Shown one piece after another: positions 50,174 to 64,000 of a stretch of 64,000 nucleotides of DNA. The stretch lies in contig CM041465.1 of NCBI GenBank assembly GCA_023213395.1, positions 103,795,741-103,859,740 of the forward strand, written 5' to 3'. Source of the stretch: Cycas panzhihuaensis (lineage: Eukaryota > Plantae > Cycadophyta). The notes under the pieces were generated by a model. The model searched no databases. It was given only the letters and a program-made list of their open reading frames with translations, and had not been told where the DNA came from. Made by a program: the position numbers and the translations under genes. Within the stretch, counting starts at the first letter, position 1; every line of letters starts with the position of its first letter.

Positions 50174-50699
50174 GAAAACATAAAAAATCCCCCTTTGGTT
50201 CCAAGATGAGTTCAAACAATTCCTCCTTCAAAGGGCACTTGATGAAGTTAAACTAAGAAGATAACCCATAGATTTTGAGCCCAACCCCTTGAAAAACATG
50301 ATTACATTTTAACTATTTAAAGTTTCAATGTTTATCTCCAATGCCAAGGACATTTCTTAAGCTCTCCAACTCAAAGTTGGGTTTCTTTAGCAATTTGTAT
50401 CATAGTCAATTTTACTCCAAGTAGCTTGGTGTTGAACATCTATAACAAGTTTTCAAACAATACCTATGTCAAAGTTCTATCGATCCATGTTAAAGTTTAA
50501 GTTGTGGGCCCTCTCTTTCTCTCTATATGTTGAATATCTACATCAAAGGCACATTATAGTTCAAAAGAACATGATTAAAGGAAGAAAGAGTAAGTTAAGA
50601 TATCTAGACCAAGCAAGGAATGACCAACTTATTAGTTACCAAAGGATGAGATATGTCTAACCATGTAATTAGATGACAAGTTAGCATGGAGCTAGAATA

Positions 50700-50870
50700 G
50701 TAAAACTACTCATAAGAGCTTTACAATTACATGTAAGAAAGGGAAAGACAATGTGGTTGCAGATGCCTTTTCTCACCTCCCCACCTCCCCTCTTGAACCC
50801 ACCATCAAGGGAATTTCCAAACCACGACTAACTTGGTTACAAGAACTAGCCATGGGCAAGAAGTCCTAAC
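50700..50870 (+). mobile_element. Small Gypsy RNase H-integrase junction fragment
   Basis: FTITCKKGKDNVVADAFSHLP. Confidence 0.65.
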
Positions 50871-52859
50871 CAGATTTTATAACAAGACTGATGGTATGTT
50901 GTTTATTAATTTATATGGATATTTATAATGCATATGTGGTGCACTTACATTAAGCATTCAAGATTTTGAAGTTTATCCGTATAAGATTGCTTAAGTAGGA
51001 CTGATCACCCTGTGAATGTAACACATCAATGAAGTATTACATTAATTCATTACTGGAGGTTTTTGTGAGTGTCCTGGTTTTATAACCGTGGATTTGCTAT
51101 CGTCTAATTTTGACTTCAAATCAGTGAGATATTACCAAATTAGGAGAAGGTTGTCCCAAAACAAAATTTACTTATTTTTGTAAGTTTAATCATAAAATAA
51201 AAAAATATTGCCTTAAATAATTATTGGGCATAAAATCTATTTGCATAAATGAAGAGATTTAAATCGATAGGTGGGGTGTGAAAAATAACCTAGTATTGAG
51301 AGAGCTATGGCAATTTTAGTGAAGTGCGGATTTTAATAGTTTTGTCTGCCCTTTCCTGTGAGCTCTTTTCTCGTGTCATTTTTTCTTGCAAATTTTTCTC
51401 TTATGTGAGTTCTTCCAAAATCCTTTTATGCAGGATTCCTCCATGCGGGACTCTTTCATGCAGGGTCTTTGCTGCATGGAACTTTGTATTGTGGTGGTGC
51501 ACACTTATGTAAGACTATTATATTATACGTCTAATTATTACGTTCACCTTTTGCATTATGTCTTTGAATTTTATATTGTAAAGAAATACATATGCCCATT
51601 CCTACATTAATGCTTAGTTCTTTTCAATCTATGTTTTGGAATGGTCTTGTTGGTGGTACTTGTACAAATAGTAATTTTAATGAGGGATATTTGAACATTG
51701 ATTTTTCTTCTTTGAGTTCTTATAGCCACTTTCTCATGGATTGTGCTAAGAATTCACTCTAATTTAATACCATGCCCTCTTAGATTGCTTGCGAGGTTGT
51801 TAATATTCTTGTAGGGCAATTAGTATCTGTAACCGATCGAGTTAGTGTAATCATAGTCTAAGAGATTAAATTTTGTTGTGGATTTTGTATTTATGTGTAT
51901 ATGATGATCTATGTAGAATAATGATATTCAAAATATATTATAATGATGTTTGCTTTTGAAAATAACATATTACATACATGAATGTTGCAAAAATGATTAT
52001 TCTTGGCCACGAAATGAAAATAATATCTAATTTTTATGTTTAAATACTTTAAATTAAATTTGAGAGTAACAAAAGTTAAATTTAACACATAAAATGTTTC
52101 AATGAATTTCATTTTTATTTGTTGAAATGAAAGCAAACACTGTAATCTGATTTCAAATTATTTTGTTTTATTCAATGTGGGAATTTGAAGGGGAATTTGC
52201 ACTTCAAACATAAATAATATGCACATACAAGACTATCTTCTAGAGTTTTGCATAGGTAAATAAACACTAAAAGCAAATATTGAAGTGAATAGTACAATGT
52301 CCATAGTTTTTATGATCAAATAGACTAAATATTAAAGTGAAATAACACCAATGCTATGTGTATAAAAGATACTAAATTTAGAAGAAGCAAAATTGAGCCT
52401 CTAACTTTCTTTTTTAGGAGAGGCTTCCTTCCAAAAACAAAATTTTAAGGTTGAAAATATGGCAAATCTAGAACTTGAATTAATGCCCAAGTCCTAGGTT
52501 GAAAAGCCCTATATATAGATAACTAAAATCCACTTAAAGAAGTTAGCCAGAAAACATAGTTAAAATTGACCAAAATAAGTAATGAAGTTGGCCAGAATTC
52601 TACATAATGAAGTTGGTTTTCTAGATTAGGAATGCTACAAGTTCCTCTCTTTGAAAACATGCTTTGCCTTTAAAGCCTATCATGTTTCTTTGGAGTGCAA
52701 TTTTTTAGTCTGTATCTTTAAGATGCCTTCTAGTTCCATGATCATCTTGCCTTTTTTGATCATCATTGGTAATTTTATCTTATGGGATGGTAGTTTATCC
52801 TAACTTCCATTTGAGACATGAGACATAAAAGATGTTGTGGATGCAGCTCCTTGATGGTA

Positions 52860-53671
52860 AATTGAATTGGTGGCCACTTCTCCTACTTTGTCTAAAATCC
52901 AATATAGGTTAAAGAACCATGGTTGTAATTTGAATTTGCTTGATTGTTCATTGTGGTTTGCTTGTAAAGTTGAAGACTCAGAAAAACCCGATCTCTTATC
53001 ATGGATGATTGTTCTATTCTATGTAGATTTGCTGCTTGTTTCATCTAGTTTGTAGCCAGATTTAAGTTGTTTTCTAGTATTTGCGTCGTTTTCTCTATTT
53101 GCTCTTGTTATTCTTGATTCGTGAGGTAATAGTCCATACGAGAATTGGAGGAGATTCGAAGCCATATAGAGAACTTGGAAGGGGGGCCATTTTGGTGGTT
53201 GTATGGTGGGTGGTATTGTGCCACCAATTAGCTAGGTGAAACCATTTATTCCACTATTGTTGCTTATTAGATGCGAAATTATATAGATATCCTTATAAAC
53301 ATTTATTTATTCTCTCAAAATGACCATCGATTTGTGGGTGATAGGTCATATTCATGAAGAGTTTTGTGTTTGCTTGCTTGAATAATTCTTGCTAGAAGTT
53401 ACTTATGAACTGAGAATTGCAATCACTACTGATGGCTTTCAAGAATCCATAAAGGTGATGGATCTCCTTGATGAAGAGTTCAATGCTCTGACTTGATTTT
53501 GTAGTTATTTAGATTCCCTTAAAATAGGCATATTTGGTTAAATAATCGACTATTGTGTCTTTGCCTTTTGTGTTGGGAAGCCCTGTTATAAAATTCATTG
53601 AGATCTCTTCCCATTTTTGCTTTGATATATATATTAGTTGGCACAACCCTGAAATCTTTACACTTGCACTG

Positions 53672-53717
<46 letters not shown>

Positions 53718-54521
53718 ACTCTAAGATAAAATTGTGGATCTTTGCTTTCATTTCCTTTCAAAAAAATATTTGTAGACTTGGCGATAGGTCTTATCGATCT
53801 CTATATGTTATGTTGTCAAGGTGGAGTATGCTATGAAAAGAATTTTACTTTGAATATAGATGTGGTTAGTACTACAATCTTACCCTTTTCCAGGATTAGG
53901 TCACTCATGAGTTCATACTTGGTTTGCTCTTCAGTACGAATTTCCTATAGTATTTTCTGGGACATTAGGTCATCTTAGTTTCCTCGAATGAGCTCCTAGA
54001 TCTAGGTAGGGGTGGCTATAGAAATTATTTGCATGGAGATATTTTTTGCTTAGGGATATCCTTAGGGATTCTCGATAATAAATCTGCAACATTTTCTTTT
54101 CCTTTCTTATAAATAGCATCGAAATCAAAGTTTTATAGTTGAATTAACCATTTTTGTTCTTTGTCTGATAAGGTCTTTTGATTTAAGAAGTATTTGAGAA
54201 TGTCGTGTCTGTCTTGAATACAAATTTACTTCCTAGTAAATATTGTCGCCATTGGTATATAATCTGCATGATTACTAGCATATCCTTCTTGTAAATAGGT
54301 TTTGGTTGTTCCTTTGTATTCAATTTGTGATTTCCATATATCAGTGGTTAATTGTTTTGAAAGAGTACGACTCATGGTCTTACCCCTAATGTGTCATATT
54401 TCAAAACAAATGGGCAACTAAAATTTGGCATTGTAAGTATTGATGCTATTATCATTGTCATTTTCAGTCCTTAGAATGCTTCCTCTATTAGTTTACTTCA
54501 TGTAAATCCCTCTCTTACTTT
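52860..54521 (-). mobile_element. Decayed chromovirus-like Gypsy, RNase H and integrase part (host of the nested element)
   Basis: KWEEISMNFITGLP...TIVDYLTKYAYF (ORF 53509-53751), YHPQIDGH.ERIN and WRQYLLGSKF on the minus strand. Confidence 0.85.
53674..53714. repeat. (TA)n microsatellite, about 20 units
   Basis: Uninterrupted TA run inside the dead integrase. Confidence 0.95.
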
Positions 54522-57500
54522 ATTCCATGTTGCACATCTAAATACTGGTGAACAGCACAAAACTAGTGTGGGATGATTATCTGTTACTTTCTTATATATG
54601 ATCTTAGTGTTGTACCCAATTTTCATGTAATAATACAAATAATTGAGGACATCGACTTGCATATACTTTGTATTTACTTATGGTGTTAAATATTGTACAC
54701 ATGAATATTTTGTGTTGGATGTTACTATGTTGTGAACTATTGTTATCTTCCTCTTTTTAGAAGAACCCATAGAAATCAAATAATCATTTGGCACTGTTGC
54801 TCATCTAAGAATGAGACAATATGGAGTAAGGTATTGATAACAAATTAGGTGCACGTGACGATCCAAAATTGGTACAAAAGCCAGGCATCACTAAGACAAT
54901 TGATACGGGTCTAGTTTACTGATGAATATCTTTAAATTATTAATGTATTGAAATTATTTTCACTATGACAAGGTATTATCACATATTATCTTGATGATAT
55001 TACAGTCTAAGAACTAGTAATGCTTGCCAACATTTTGGACCATGTTTGCTCCTAATTGCCTACTTTAGGAATGAATTAATCACTGTATGTTTTTAAACAT
55101 ATTGATGTGACAAACTAATAACTACAATTAAGAAGAGTTGCACGAGTATATACGTTGAGACAATAGGAGACTGAGTCATTAAGACAAATTGATTGGTCAA
55201 CTATAAATTAGGCATAACAAGTGTGGCGAACTTGGGAGCAACAACATGGTCCAAATCTAGATTTAAAAGATATTGTAGAAGCACTTGCACATTTAAGTCT
55301 ATATGAGCATGGACAATCCTTGACATATTGGAATACACAAGGATAAGAACACACGAACCCTAAGCAAAGACGAGTCCTATTAAGGAAATATTATGAATGG
55401 AAATGAAAGGATCAAAAAAGCGATTTTAGACAACGAAGGCTTTCATAACTAATAAACGTGAGATTGCATATAAAACCACTGATATCCACTATGGCATCAT
55501 CTAAAGGTATGAAACATAAATGACCAACATTCAACGGTAAAACAGACAAAGATCTAACTTGACACTATAATGTGTGCAAACTAATATAGATGGAAAACAA
55601 CGAAATTGACAAAGATCATTGGTTGCAAACATTTTTAGCAACCATACAAGACATTGCAAATTATTGGTTTAAAAAATTTAGCAAAAATACATTTTACAAA
55701 ATGGAGCGAATTACGTGAAACCTTCAAAAACGAATTTAGAATTTTGCAAGATAACAATGAAGTGGTGGATTAAATATACGATCTCAAATAAGAAACCAAA
55801 GAGATAGAAGCTATAACACCAAGTTGAAATGTCTAATCAAGAAAATGGAAAATGAAGTAACTGATGGGTTACAAAAGAGATGGTTTTTAGAAAGGTTACT
55901 CTTAAGATAATGAGAGAAACGTCAGGTAGTTCCACCCACATCATACCAAGAAGCGATTGATTGAGCAATGAGTCTCAAAATTAAGGACAAAGTAGAAGCA
56001 TGGCATCATGATAAAACTATGAAAGTAGAAGATAAAGATAAAAAAGAGTGTTCTATTGAGGCATTATGAGACAACTTAATGCGAATGATGAAAGACTTCA
56101 CCTAGTAGCAACTAAAGGAACATTAACAGATATGGTGCATCAAGTGCAAAATAGGACACATGGAGTTAGAGTGCCCCGAAAACTAAGTTTTCAAGTATTG
56201 TCACTTTTGCAAGATGGATAATCATGATACAATAGAATGTGACTTCAACATATGTGCATGCAAACAATAAGAACGGGACGTGTTTTTCACATGACAAGAG
56301 GCTAATAGACCTTCTCTTGGACGAGGGTGTGGATCGAGCGACCAATACCAAGAGACTCCTAAGGATAATCCATGATCTAATGTTTGCAATGCAAGTTATA
56401 GGGACATTTTAGTAGAAATTGTCCAAGCCTTGAAAACACTACTGCTTTAGCATTACATCAATGGTGTGGGCCTAGTGGCCATGATGACGATTATTGCCCT
56501 CATCAATAGAATAAGTCTATGAATCTGGTAGGCATTGAATCTATTGAGGATAAAGATGTTACCCAAACTCTATCAGTGTATGCAATTTATACAAGAAGAA
56601 TTAAGAAACAAGAATATCCTAACCCTATGGAAGAGAATGGGCAACTACAAGAAGCCCAAGACTTAGTACAATCAATACAGGGACCAAACAAATCAACGAT
56701 TATAATACCAATAACAGAGTAACAATGATAATCACTACAAATATAAAAGATCGCTATAATTCCACAAAAAGATAATCAAGCCACTAGTATGCTAATTTAT
56801 TAGTTTTTACAAATTGAGATACTAGTGAAGATTTTGACATTGTTATAACATGATCCATCATTTTTGCAAACATTGGAAGAGCATGTACGGCAAATAAATA
56901 CCAATTATGCATGCTATCAACAATGGAATTTAACAAAGGTAAAAAAAAAAAAAAAAAAAAAGAGTTTCCCCAAGAAATAACAAAATCAACAACAATTTTT
57001 GTAGAAGATCCTCATACATGCATAATCATTCAAGATGCTCCTAGTGTACACAACTTTCAGATAGAGCATCATGTTCTATCTTTAAGAGTGGATCAAGATA
57101 TACTAGTTACAATAATATTATTAGGGCATGCCCTAAACAACACAGTGGTAGAGGGCGGGGTGTAGGAGTTAATGTTATATCGAAAACAACTTAGAAAAAA
57201 AAGGGCAAACCCAGACTATCGCCACCTAAATTTTGTCTAAGATTGGTCGATTAACATGGTGTACAACCATTAGGGATGATGATAGCACAAAAGATTCACA
57301 TAAAAAATAAAGAGTTTATTGTGGATTTTGTTGTCATTCTAATGATTGATAGAATGCCTCTAGTTTATGATGCACTCCTAAGATGACCACAGTTACATGC
57401 TCCATGAGTGTGATAAAACTAGGGATGTAATACATTAGCAATTAAACAAAATAGAAAAAAGATTATTAATAGATTTAAATAATCATACAATAAGTGAAGA

Positions 57501-60500
57501 AATAATAGATTCTAGTTCCTCAAATGAAGAAGATAATGATAAATATGATAATGTAAAAATCAAGGATGATCAACATTTGTTAAGTACACTATTTGATAAT
57601 AATAATACATGTGAACTTATTGAAGGTGTTTTATATTTGGATTTGTGTTTGGAAGATGAAGTAGAATTAGATAGTTGATTATTTCATTGGCAACAAGAAG
57701 AATATGGAATATTTTCACCATCATGCTATTTAGTTGATACGGAACCACTAAATTCTAATAATGTCTACTAGATAGAAGATATATGCGAAACTATTGAGCG
57801 TAAACATAGATCCTTGAACTAATTTTTTAAAGTCATAAGAGGAAATTAACCAGTACTACAAAAATCTACTTACAACTTTGATGATAATGAGTAAATTTTC
57901 TATGATGAATCACCATAATAATTAATTAAATTAGGAACAGAGCAAGATGTACAGACAATAATGATAAGCAATAGACAGGATTTGATGTTAATAGAGGCAA
58001 TAACAAGAATCTTTTTATAATACAAGGATGTGTTTGCTTGGGCTTATAAAGACTTTAAAGGAATACCAAGAGAGTTATGTGAACATTAGATCGAATTAAT
58101 ACTAGGAGCCAAATTTGTGAAGCATCGACCTTACCAAATGAATCCTAGATGTTCATAATAAGTGGATATAAAAATTAGAAAATTATTGGATGCAAAAATC
58201 ATATTTAAAATAGAGACAAGTGAGTGGGTTTCATCGATTGTGGTTTTCCCTAAGAAGAATCGCAAACTTCATATCTGTGTTGATTTTTAAAAAATGAATG
58301 TATTAACTTACAATGATCCATTCCTTATACCCTTGACTAACACTATTCTAGAAAAAGTCACGGGACACAAGATATGCTCATTCTTGGGTGGGTTTTCAGG
58401 TTATAACTAAGTTAGCATCATAAAGAAAGATAAGTTGAAAACTATATTCATCACACAATCAAGAAATTATATATATAATTAGATGCCCTTTAGCTTTTGC
58501 AATGCCCCTGCAATATTTTAGTGGATCATCATGCACTCATTTAGCTAATTATCATCAAAATTAGTTAAAGTATTTTTAGGTGATTGGTCCATCTATGAAA
58601 ATATCAAAGATCGTCTCCTTATACTATGGGAATGTTAAGAAATCTATAGAAGAGTAAGATTGTCATCAAACCTAGAAAAATGCTAGTTTTTGGTCCCATA
58701 CAAGAAATTGTTAGGATACAGTACGTATGCATAAGCCTTAAAAATAGACCTTGACAAACTTAAAGTTATAGTGAATAATGAATTTGGCACCACGAACATA
58801 TGTAGTAGAGTTCAAGCATTCCTTGGATATGTTGGGTATTATCACAAACATATAAAGAATTTTGCTCAAATAGCCCATCCCATAGAAGAATTATAATATA
58901 AAGAAGTGAATTTCATATGGAAAAATGAACAACGAAGGGCATTTGAAGATCTTAAGAAAAAACTCATTACAATCCTGATCTTAGCCCAAAGAAGTTCAAG
59001 GGGTATTAAAAGAAGCACATCAAGGAATTGCAGGTGGCCATGTTAGGCCTAAATCCACAGCTAGAAAAGTTTTATTATTAGGGCTCTGGTGGTCTCAATT
59101 GTTTAAGGATGAAAAAGAATATGTTTCCAAGTGTAATACATGCCAATGAATGGGACGACCCTTGGACCATGACTTTATACCTCTACAACCATCTTTAGTC
59201 CAATGTGTCTTTGAACGATGGGGGTCTAGACTTTGCAGGGCTTCTCAATCATGTTGTAAGGTTAACATAGTCAAATATATAGTCGTGGCTATTAGCTATG
59301 TTACAAAATGGGTTGAAGCAAAGACACTTTGAGACAATTTAGCTCATAGTACAACTATATTCTTCTATGAGAATATTATTATAAGATTTGGGTATCCATT
59401 AGAAATTGAGTAATAGAGGAACCCACTTTATAAATGGTACAATCTATTGCCTAACACAAGAATTCATGATTATATGTCACAAGTCCACTCCTTATTACTC
59501 GCGGGCAAATGGTTAAGCTGAATTAACTAATATAATAATAGTAATAATGTTGACTAAATTATGGTAACATAAATAGAAATGATTGGGCAGAGTAGTTACA
59601 CTCACTGTTATGTGCTTTTCAAACAACATACAAGACTATTACTGGATATACTTCATTTCAATTGATATATGGGACAGAAACAATTCTTCCCATAGAATTT
59701 GTAGTGCTAAGTTTAAGAATAGCAGTGCAAGAATGGTGACTAGACATACCTTGTCTTGAGACTCATCTGGAAGTAATTTTGGCTTTAGATGAGAAGCGAT
59801 TGTAGGGACAATAGGCAACAAATATAATATAACGATGTAGAAAAAGATGGCATGATAAAACTCTATGCATGAAAGTATTTAAAGAAGGAGATATGGTGTT
59901 GAAATATGATGGCAAACACTTCATAAAGCCCAACAATCTTAAAATTAGATGGATTGGACCATTCTCGGTAAAAATAATATTTGATAATGGGGCAATTGAA
60001 CTAGCTCATATTAATAGAGACATGCAAACAACTCTCGTCAATGGATCAAAACTTAAATTGTATAATAATATTGATGAAGTTGAAACCACCAAAATTCAAC
60101 TGATGAAAAAAAAAAAGTAGAAATAAATAAATATAATAATTAAGAAAAAAGCAGAGAGAGATATTATGGTGCTGACCCATGACTCAACCACCACAACTTG
60201 GGCCTATATGAATCCTAAAGGACCTAATCCACCCACTTGGTGTAAGTAAGCCATCCACTTAGTGCTAATGCTACAAGGTTGTGACTATGAAGCTACGCCA
60301 TTTATTTATCACTCCACGACTGACTATGCTAATCATGAAGCCAAAGGAGGACGATCTAGTGATCATGGTAATTCAAAAAGTTACGATTCTAATACAATTT
60401 GTAATGGATTATAGTAAACAAAAGGCTAGAGGAGGATGATTTGTAAAAATTGCTTAGATTACTATCCTTTTTTCAGGATATGTGAAAAGACAATTAGATG

Positions 60501-62632
60501 AAAATACAGACATACCATTTGAAATCGGTGGGCACCAGATTAAATGGCAAGTGTTGGACTCACTAGTCCTTCATAAATGGTTAAAAGTAGAAGTCTGATA
60601 TGCCCCACTAAGAACAAATCTAACTAGTGTAGGAGCAGTTCAAGCAACTTCACTTTTGGTCTTCTCTAAAAGTTTTAAACAGTTGTAAGATGTCTTGGAT
60701 GGGTACAATCTTATGAGTCGCACATTAACTATCAATTAAAAAATCATACACATGGAACCTGAGGATGTGGCAAGGTTAATAGGATTTTTGACTCAAGGAC
60801 ATTAAGTGATGAAATTGGGAAATTTAATAGCTACTATGAAGGATCAAATTATTCAAACCATATGCAAAAAGGAATTCTACACTAAACATGTTGAATAAGG
60901 TATTCCAATTAGCTATTTGAAAACTATAAATATGATAGTGGTAGTAGTTCTCATGTGCATATGACTACTGGGAGAGCAACACTGTAGTGCCTTATCTTGG
61001 TGGATAAGATCATACCTACAAGGACTTAAGAAGGGAGTTGTTTACAATTAGTCAACCTTCATATATGAAAAGCTCAAGACATCACCCCACCAATTGGTCA
61101 TAGGAGGGCAATATAGTTTTAATCTAACCCTCTACTTGTTAGGATTTTGTTATGAGAAATTTCATTTACTAGGGATATCACGGGGACCAATAATATTGCT
61201 CCTCTTAACATTCCACAGAAGTTCCTTGCAAACTCCTAAGAGGATTAAACCTAAAGTTTAGAAGGAAGGAGAGATAGAAAAACTAAAAAGAAGAAAAGTC
61301 ATGATAGTGAGAGAAATATATGACTCTTTTGAAGATCTAGATGACTTAGATAAAGATTACATTATTGATTACTCAGACCTCAGTTCAAGTGAAGACCATA
61401 ATGAGTTTGAACCAGAAGGTGATACCCCACAAACTTTTATAGATTGAGCATCATAAGCCCCAACATCAAACCTAAACATACTTGCCTCTTCTACCATGGA
61501 TATAGAGATGGTAAAATACAAGTTATTTAGGATGATAACTGGTAAAAGGGTTGATGATCCTCTGGTCATAGAAATTCAATCATTAATAAAACAAGTGAAC
61601 AAGCTACTACTATGTCCACATCATCTTTTAACCCCCAATCAATTAAGGCTAAATAAGTCTGCTTTATGAATGTATTGGATTAGTACTGCACATTGTCAGA
61701 AGCAAAAAGCACAAAATTTATAAAATTTGCTAAAGGTTAGCATCGTAAAGAAGACAACTACAACTAATTATAAAAAGACCTGAAGGAGGCAAGGGAACTA
61801 CTTCACAAAAAGGAAGAAGAATACACTCAATTAAGGAAAACAAATCAAGAAATGCATGCTTAGGAGGTACTCCATATACAAAGAATTAATGGGTTAGAGG
61901 AGGATCTACATCAAAGCCAAAAATAGATCAAAAATCTGTCCATAGAGCTATAAGAGGAGAAAGATACTAAGAGTGAATGTAACTATGCATCAAAGCAGTT
62001 AATTGAGAAAACTGCAAATGGTGGTGGAAAGCGGGATTAGATCCATTACACTTAAAAGCAACAGTAAATCCTAGAGAAGGATCCTCAGCCTAAGGTCTAG
62101 ATTTAGACTCACCAATGCCAATTGTACAAGCATAAAAACTCTTTTCTTCTCTTCCAAGTGAGATACTTAGATTAAAAAAAAGGGGGATAGATGTTCAGAT
62201 ATATTTTGTTAAAAGTGTCGGATGTAAGTAACAAATATACTAAGTAATGAATATTGTGTTAATAAGGGATTAGTTGAGTTGAGTCGTTGGAAAAATTATT
62301 ATAAAGAGTTGTTTTAAAAAGATATACATGTAGTAAGGATGGACACAAGGGGGGAGGGAGGGAAATCATTCCATGTTGTGCATTCGAACATTGGTGAATG
62401 GTATAGAATTAGTGTGGGATAATTATTTATTACTCCCTTATACATGATCTTGGTGTTGTACCTAATTTTGATGTAATAACATGTACAATTGAGGACATCG
62501 GTTTGTATATACTTTGTATCTACTCTTGGTGTTGAATATTGTACATATAAATATTATGTGTTGGAAGTTACTATATTCTGAACTACCGTTATCTTCCTCT
62601 TCTTAGAAGAACCCACTGAAATTGAACCAACA
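54522..62632 (+). mobile_element. Old Athila-like (non-chromovirus Gypsy) LTR retrotransposon: partial 5' LTR 54522-54786, PBS, gag, protease, RT, integrase, extra 3' region, PPT, 3' LTR 62192-62632
   Basis: 54522-54786 aligns by eye with ~62368-62632. TGGCACTGTTGC after ATCA-TT resembles the tRNA-Asp PBS. RT YKDVFAWAYKDFKG...WVSSIVVFPKKNRKLHICVDF; integrase YVTKWVEAK and KIRWIGPF. PPT A8GGGGGATAGA precedes TGTT at 62192. Confidence 0.88.
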
Positions 62633-63944
62633 AACTCCTCCTATTGGCATAACAAACATGATGGCACTTATAGAATAGTCTGCTATTTCTAATTGCACCT
62701 TTTCACAATAACCTCCAAATAGTATGTTCTTTTCGTTTACGATAATGAGTTGAAATAGCTTGCGGGGTTTTATTTGAAGCATAGTTTAGTTGTTGTTGGT
62801 TTATTGATGAAGTTGTGAGTGTCATTGCTATCCATCAAAATTTATATCTTTGTGTTCTTGATTCTCCCTTCGAATTATAGTGCTTAAGGGATGTTGACCT
62901 CTCTTATAATTACTTGTAATGACATTTGTAAGCTTTTGGCTTCCATCTCATTAAGTAACTAACTCCTCAATTTCTGCTTCATCATCGATTAGGTGCAACT
63001 TTTCTTTGGATTCATTTGAGTCTAGGATATTGTTGTCCTTATTGATGATCACAGATACCTTCTTCATCGAGCACGTGGTCATGGTTCCATTTCTCTCTGT
63101 AATTAGCCTTGGATTGTTTATTTCCTACGAGCCCATTTTCTTCCTTTTGTATGTGGAGGCTTAGCTTTCATGTCTGAGTAGTTCTAATTGGGTTGATAAC
63201 TTTGGCCCTGATATTTAGGGGGTTCATTATGCTGAATGCAACTCTATCTCGCTTCTTGAAATTTACCTTTAACATTCTTTGCTTGGTAGATTACATAACT
63301 TAATGTCATTACTCTCAGTGTTTTAAAGTGGAACTTAATATTCCCTCTAAGCTTGCAATATATGCCTGTATTAGTAGTCCGCCCTTAATGTCCTTGGTGA
63401 CCATGCTTTGTAGATTTTGGAATTGTTCAATGTAGCCCTATATTGAACTAAGTGTCCTCGTATTACTTTATTAGGGGCATTATTAAGAAATCCCACTTAT
63501 ATTATTTTGTATCTTGATAGATTCTATTTGACCAATGGAACCACTTAAGTGCTTTCTTGTATAAATGAAGAGATGCCACCAATACTTTTGTTTTCACCAA
63601 TTTAGTATTCATTTGGAAATTAATTTCCATTTGGATTATCTAACTGCAAATGTCCTTTGACTTTTTTGGATCAAACTTTTCTAAAAGAAATTTGGTATCC
63701 CTAAGCCCTTAGTTTGGTCTGCCTTGTCAATCTTCTTGATCCCTTTCTCAAAAATTCCCCCCCTTTTATAAGATGGTCTTGCATCAGCCTTATGGTCATC
63801 CAATTTCTTATTGAATCCCTGTATAACTCCACTCATCACGTTTCTAAGGCTCGCTATATTGTTCTTCATACTTGCTAAGTCATCGGCTATAACGACCACT
63901 CTAAAAGATACATCCTCTATTGTTATTAATGGTTGGTTTACCAT
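62633..63944 (-). mobile_element. Gag and protease part of the decayed host Gypsy element
   Basis: Protease ILMDSNDTHNFI at ~62805-62840 (minus strand); ORF 63681-63944 is a gag-like N-terminus; same orientation as 52860-54521. Confidence 0.7.
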
Positions 63945-64000
63945 CTTGCCTAAGGAAAGCCTTTTACCAGGTCTCTAATTTATTATATGAAAAATAATTT

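Overview
Repeat-rich, AT-rich land-plant nuclear DNA. A non-flowering plant such as a fern is my inference from the TE families and intron size. The only host coding sequence I can identify is the terminal exon of a PRP38 (PRPF38A-type) splicing-factor gene at 43919-44414 (+), with an RD/RS tract and a C-terminal HIND motif. No upstream PRP38 exon is visible, so 1-43918 is probably one intron of more than 43.9 kb. Positions 1-36151 are a tandem array of 4.4-6.0 kb units, anchored at 27, 5528, 10606, 15215, 19848, 24219, 29200 and 35171. Each unit is a decayed antisense Copia 3' half (short LTR, PPT, RNase H, RT), a sense LINE 3' fragment, and a non-TE-like block. That block carries a candidate 81-nt cassette exon with branch point, acceptor and donor, which would put an immediate stop into the PRP38 frame: a possible tandemly amplified poison exon (inference). 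Copy-specific insertions are a one-LTR element with a 5-bp TSD (6333-7083) and a Helentron/Helitron2-like non-autonomous element (28627-29003). The rest is decayed Copia and Gypsy sequence, an Athila-like element nested in a chromovirus-like Gypsy (52.9-64 kb), small tandem duplications, and a LOB-domain gene fragment (50066-50173). All comparisons were made by eye, and TE fragment boundaries are approximate.
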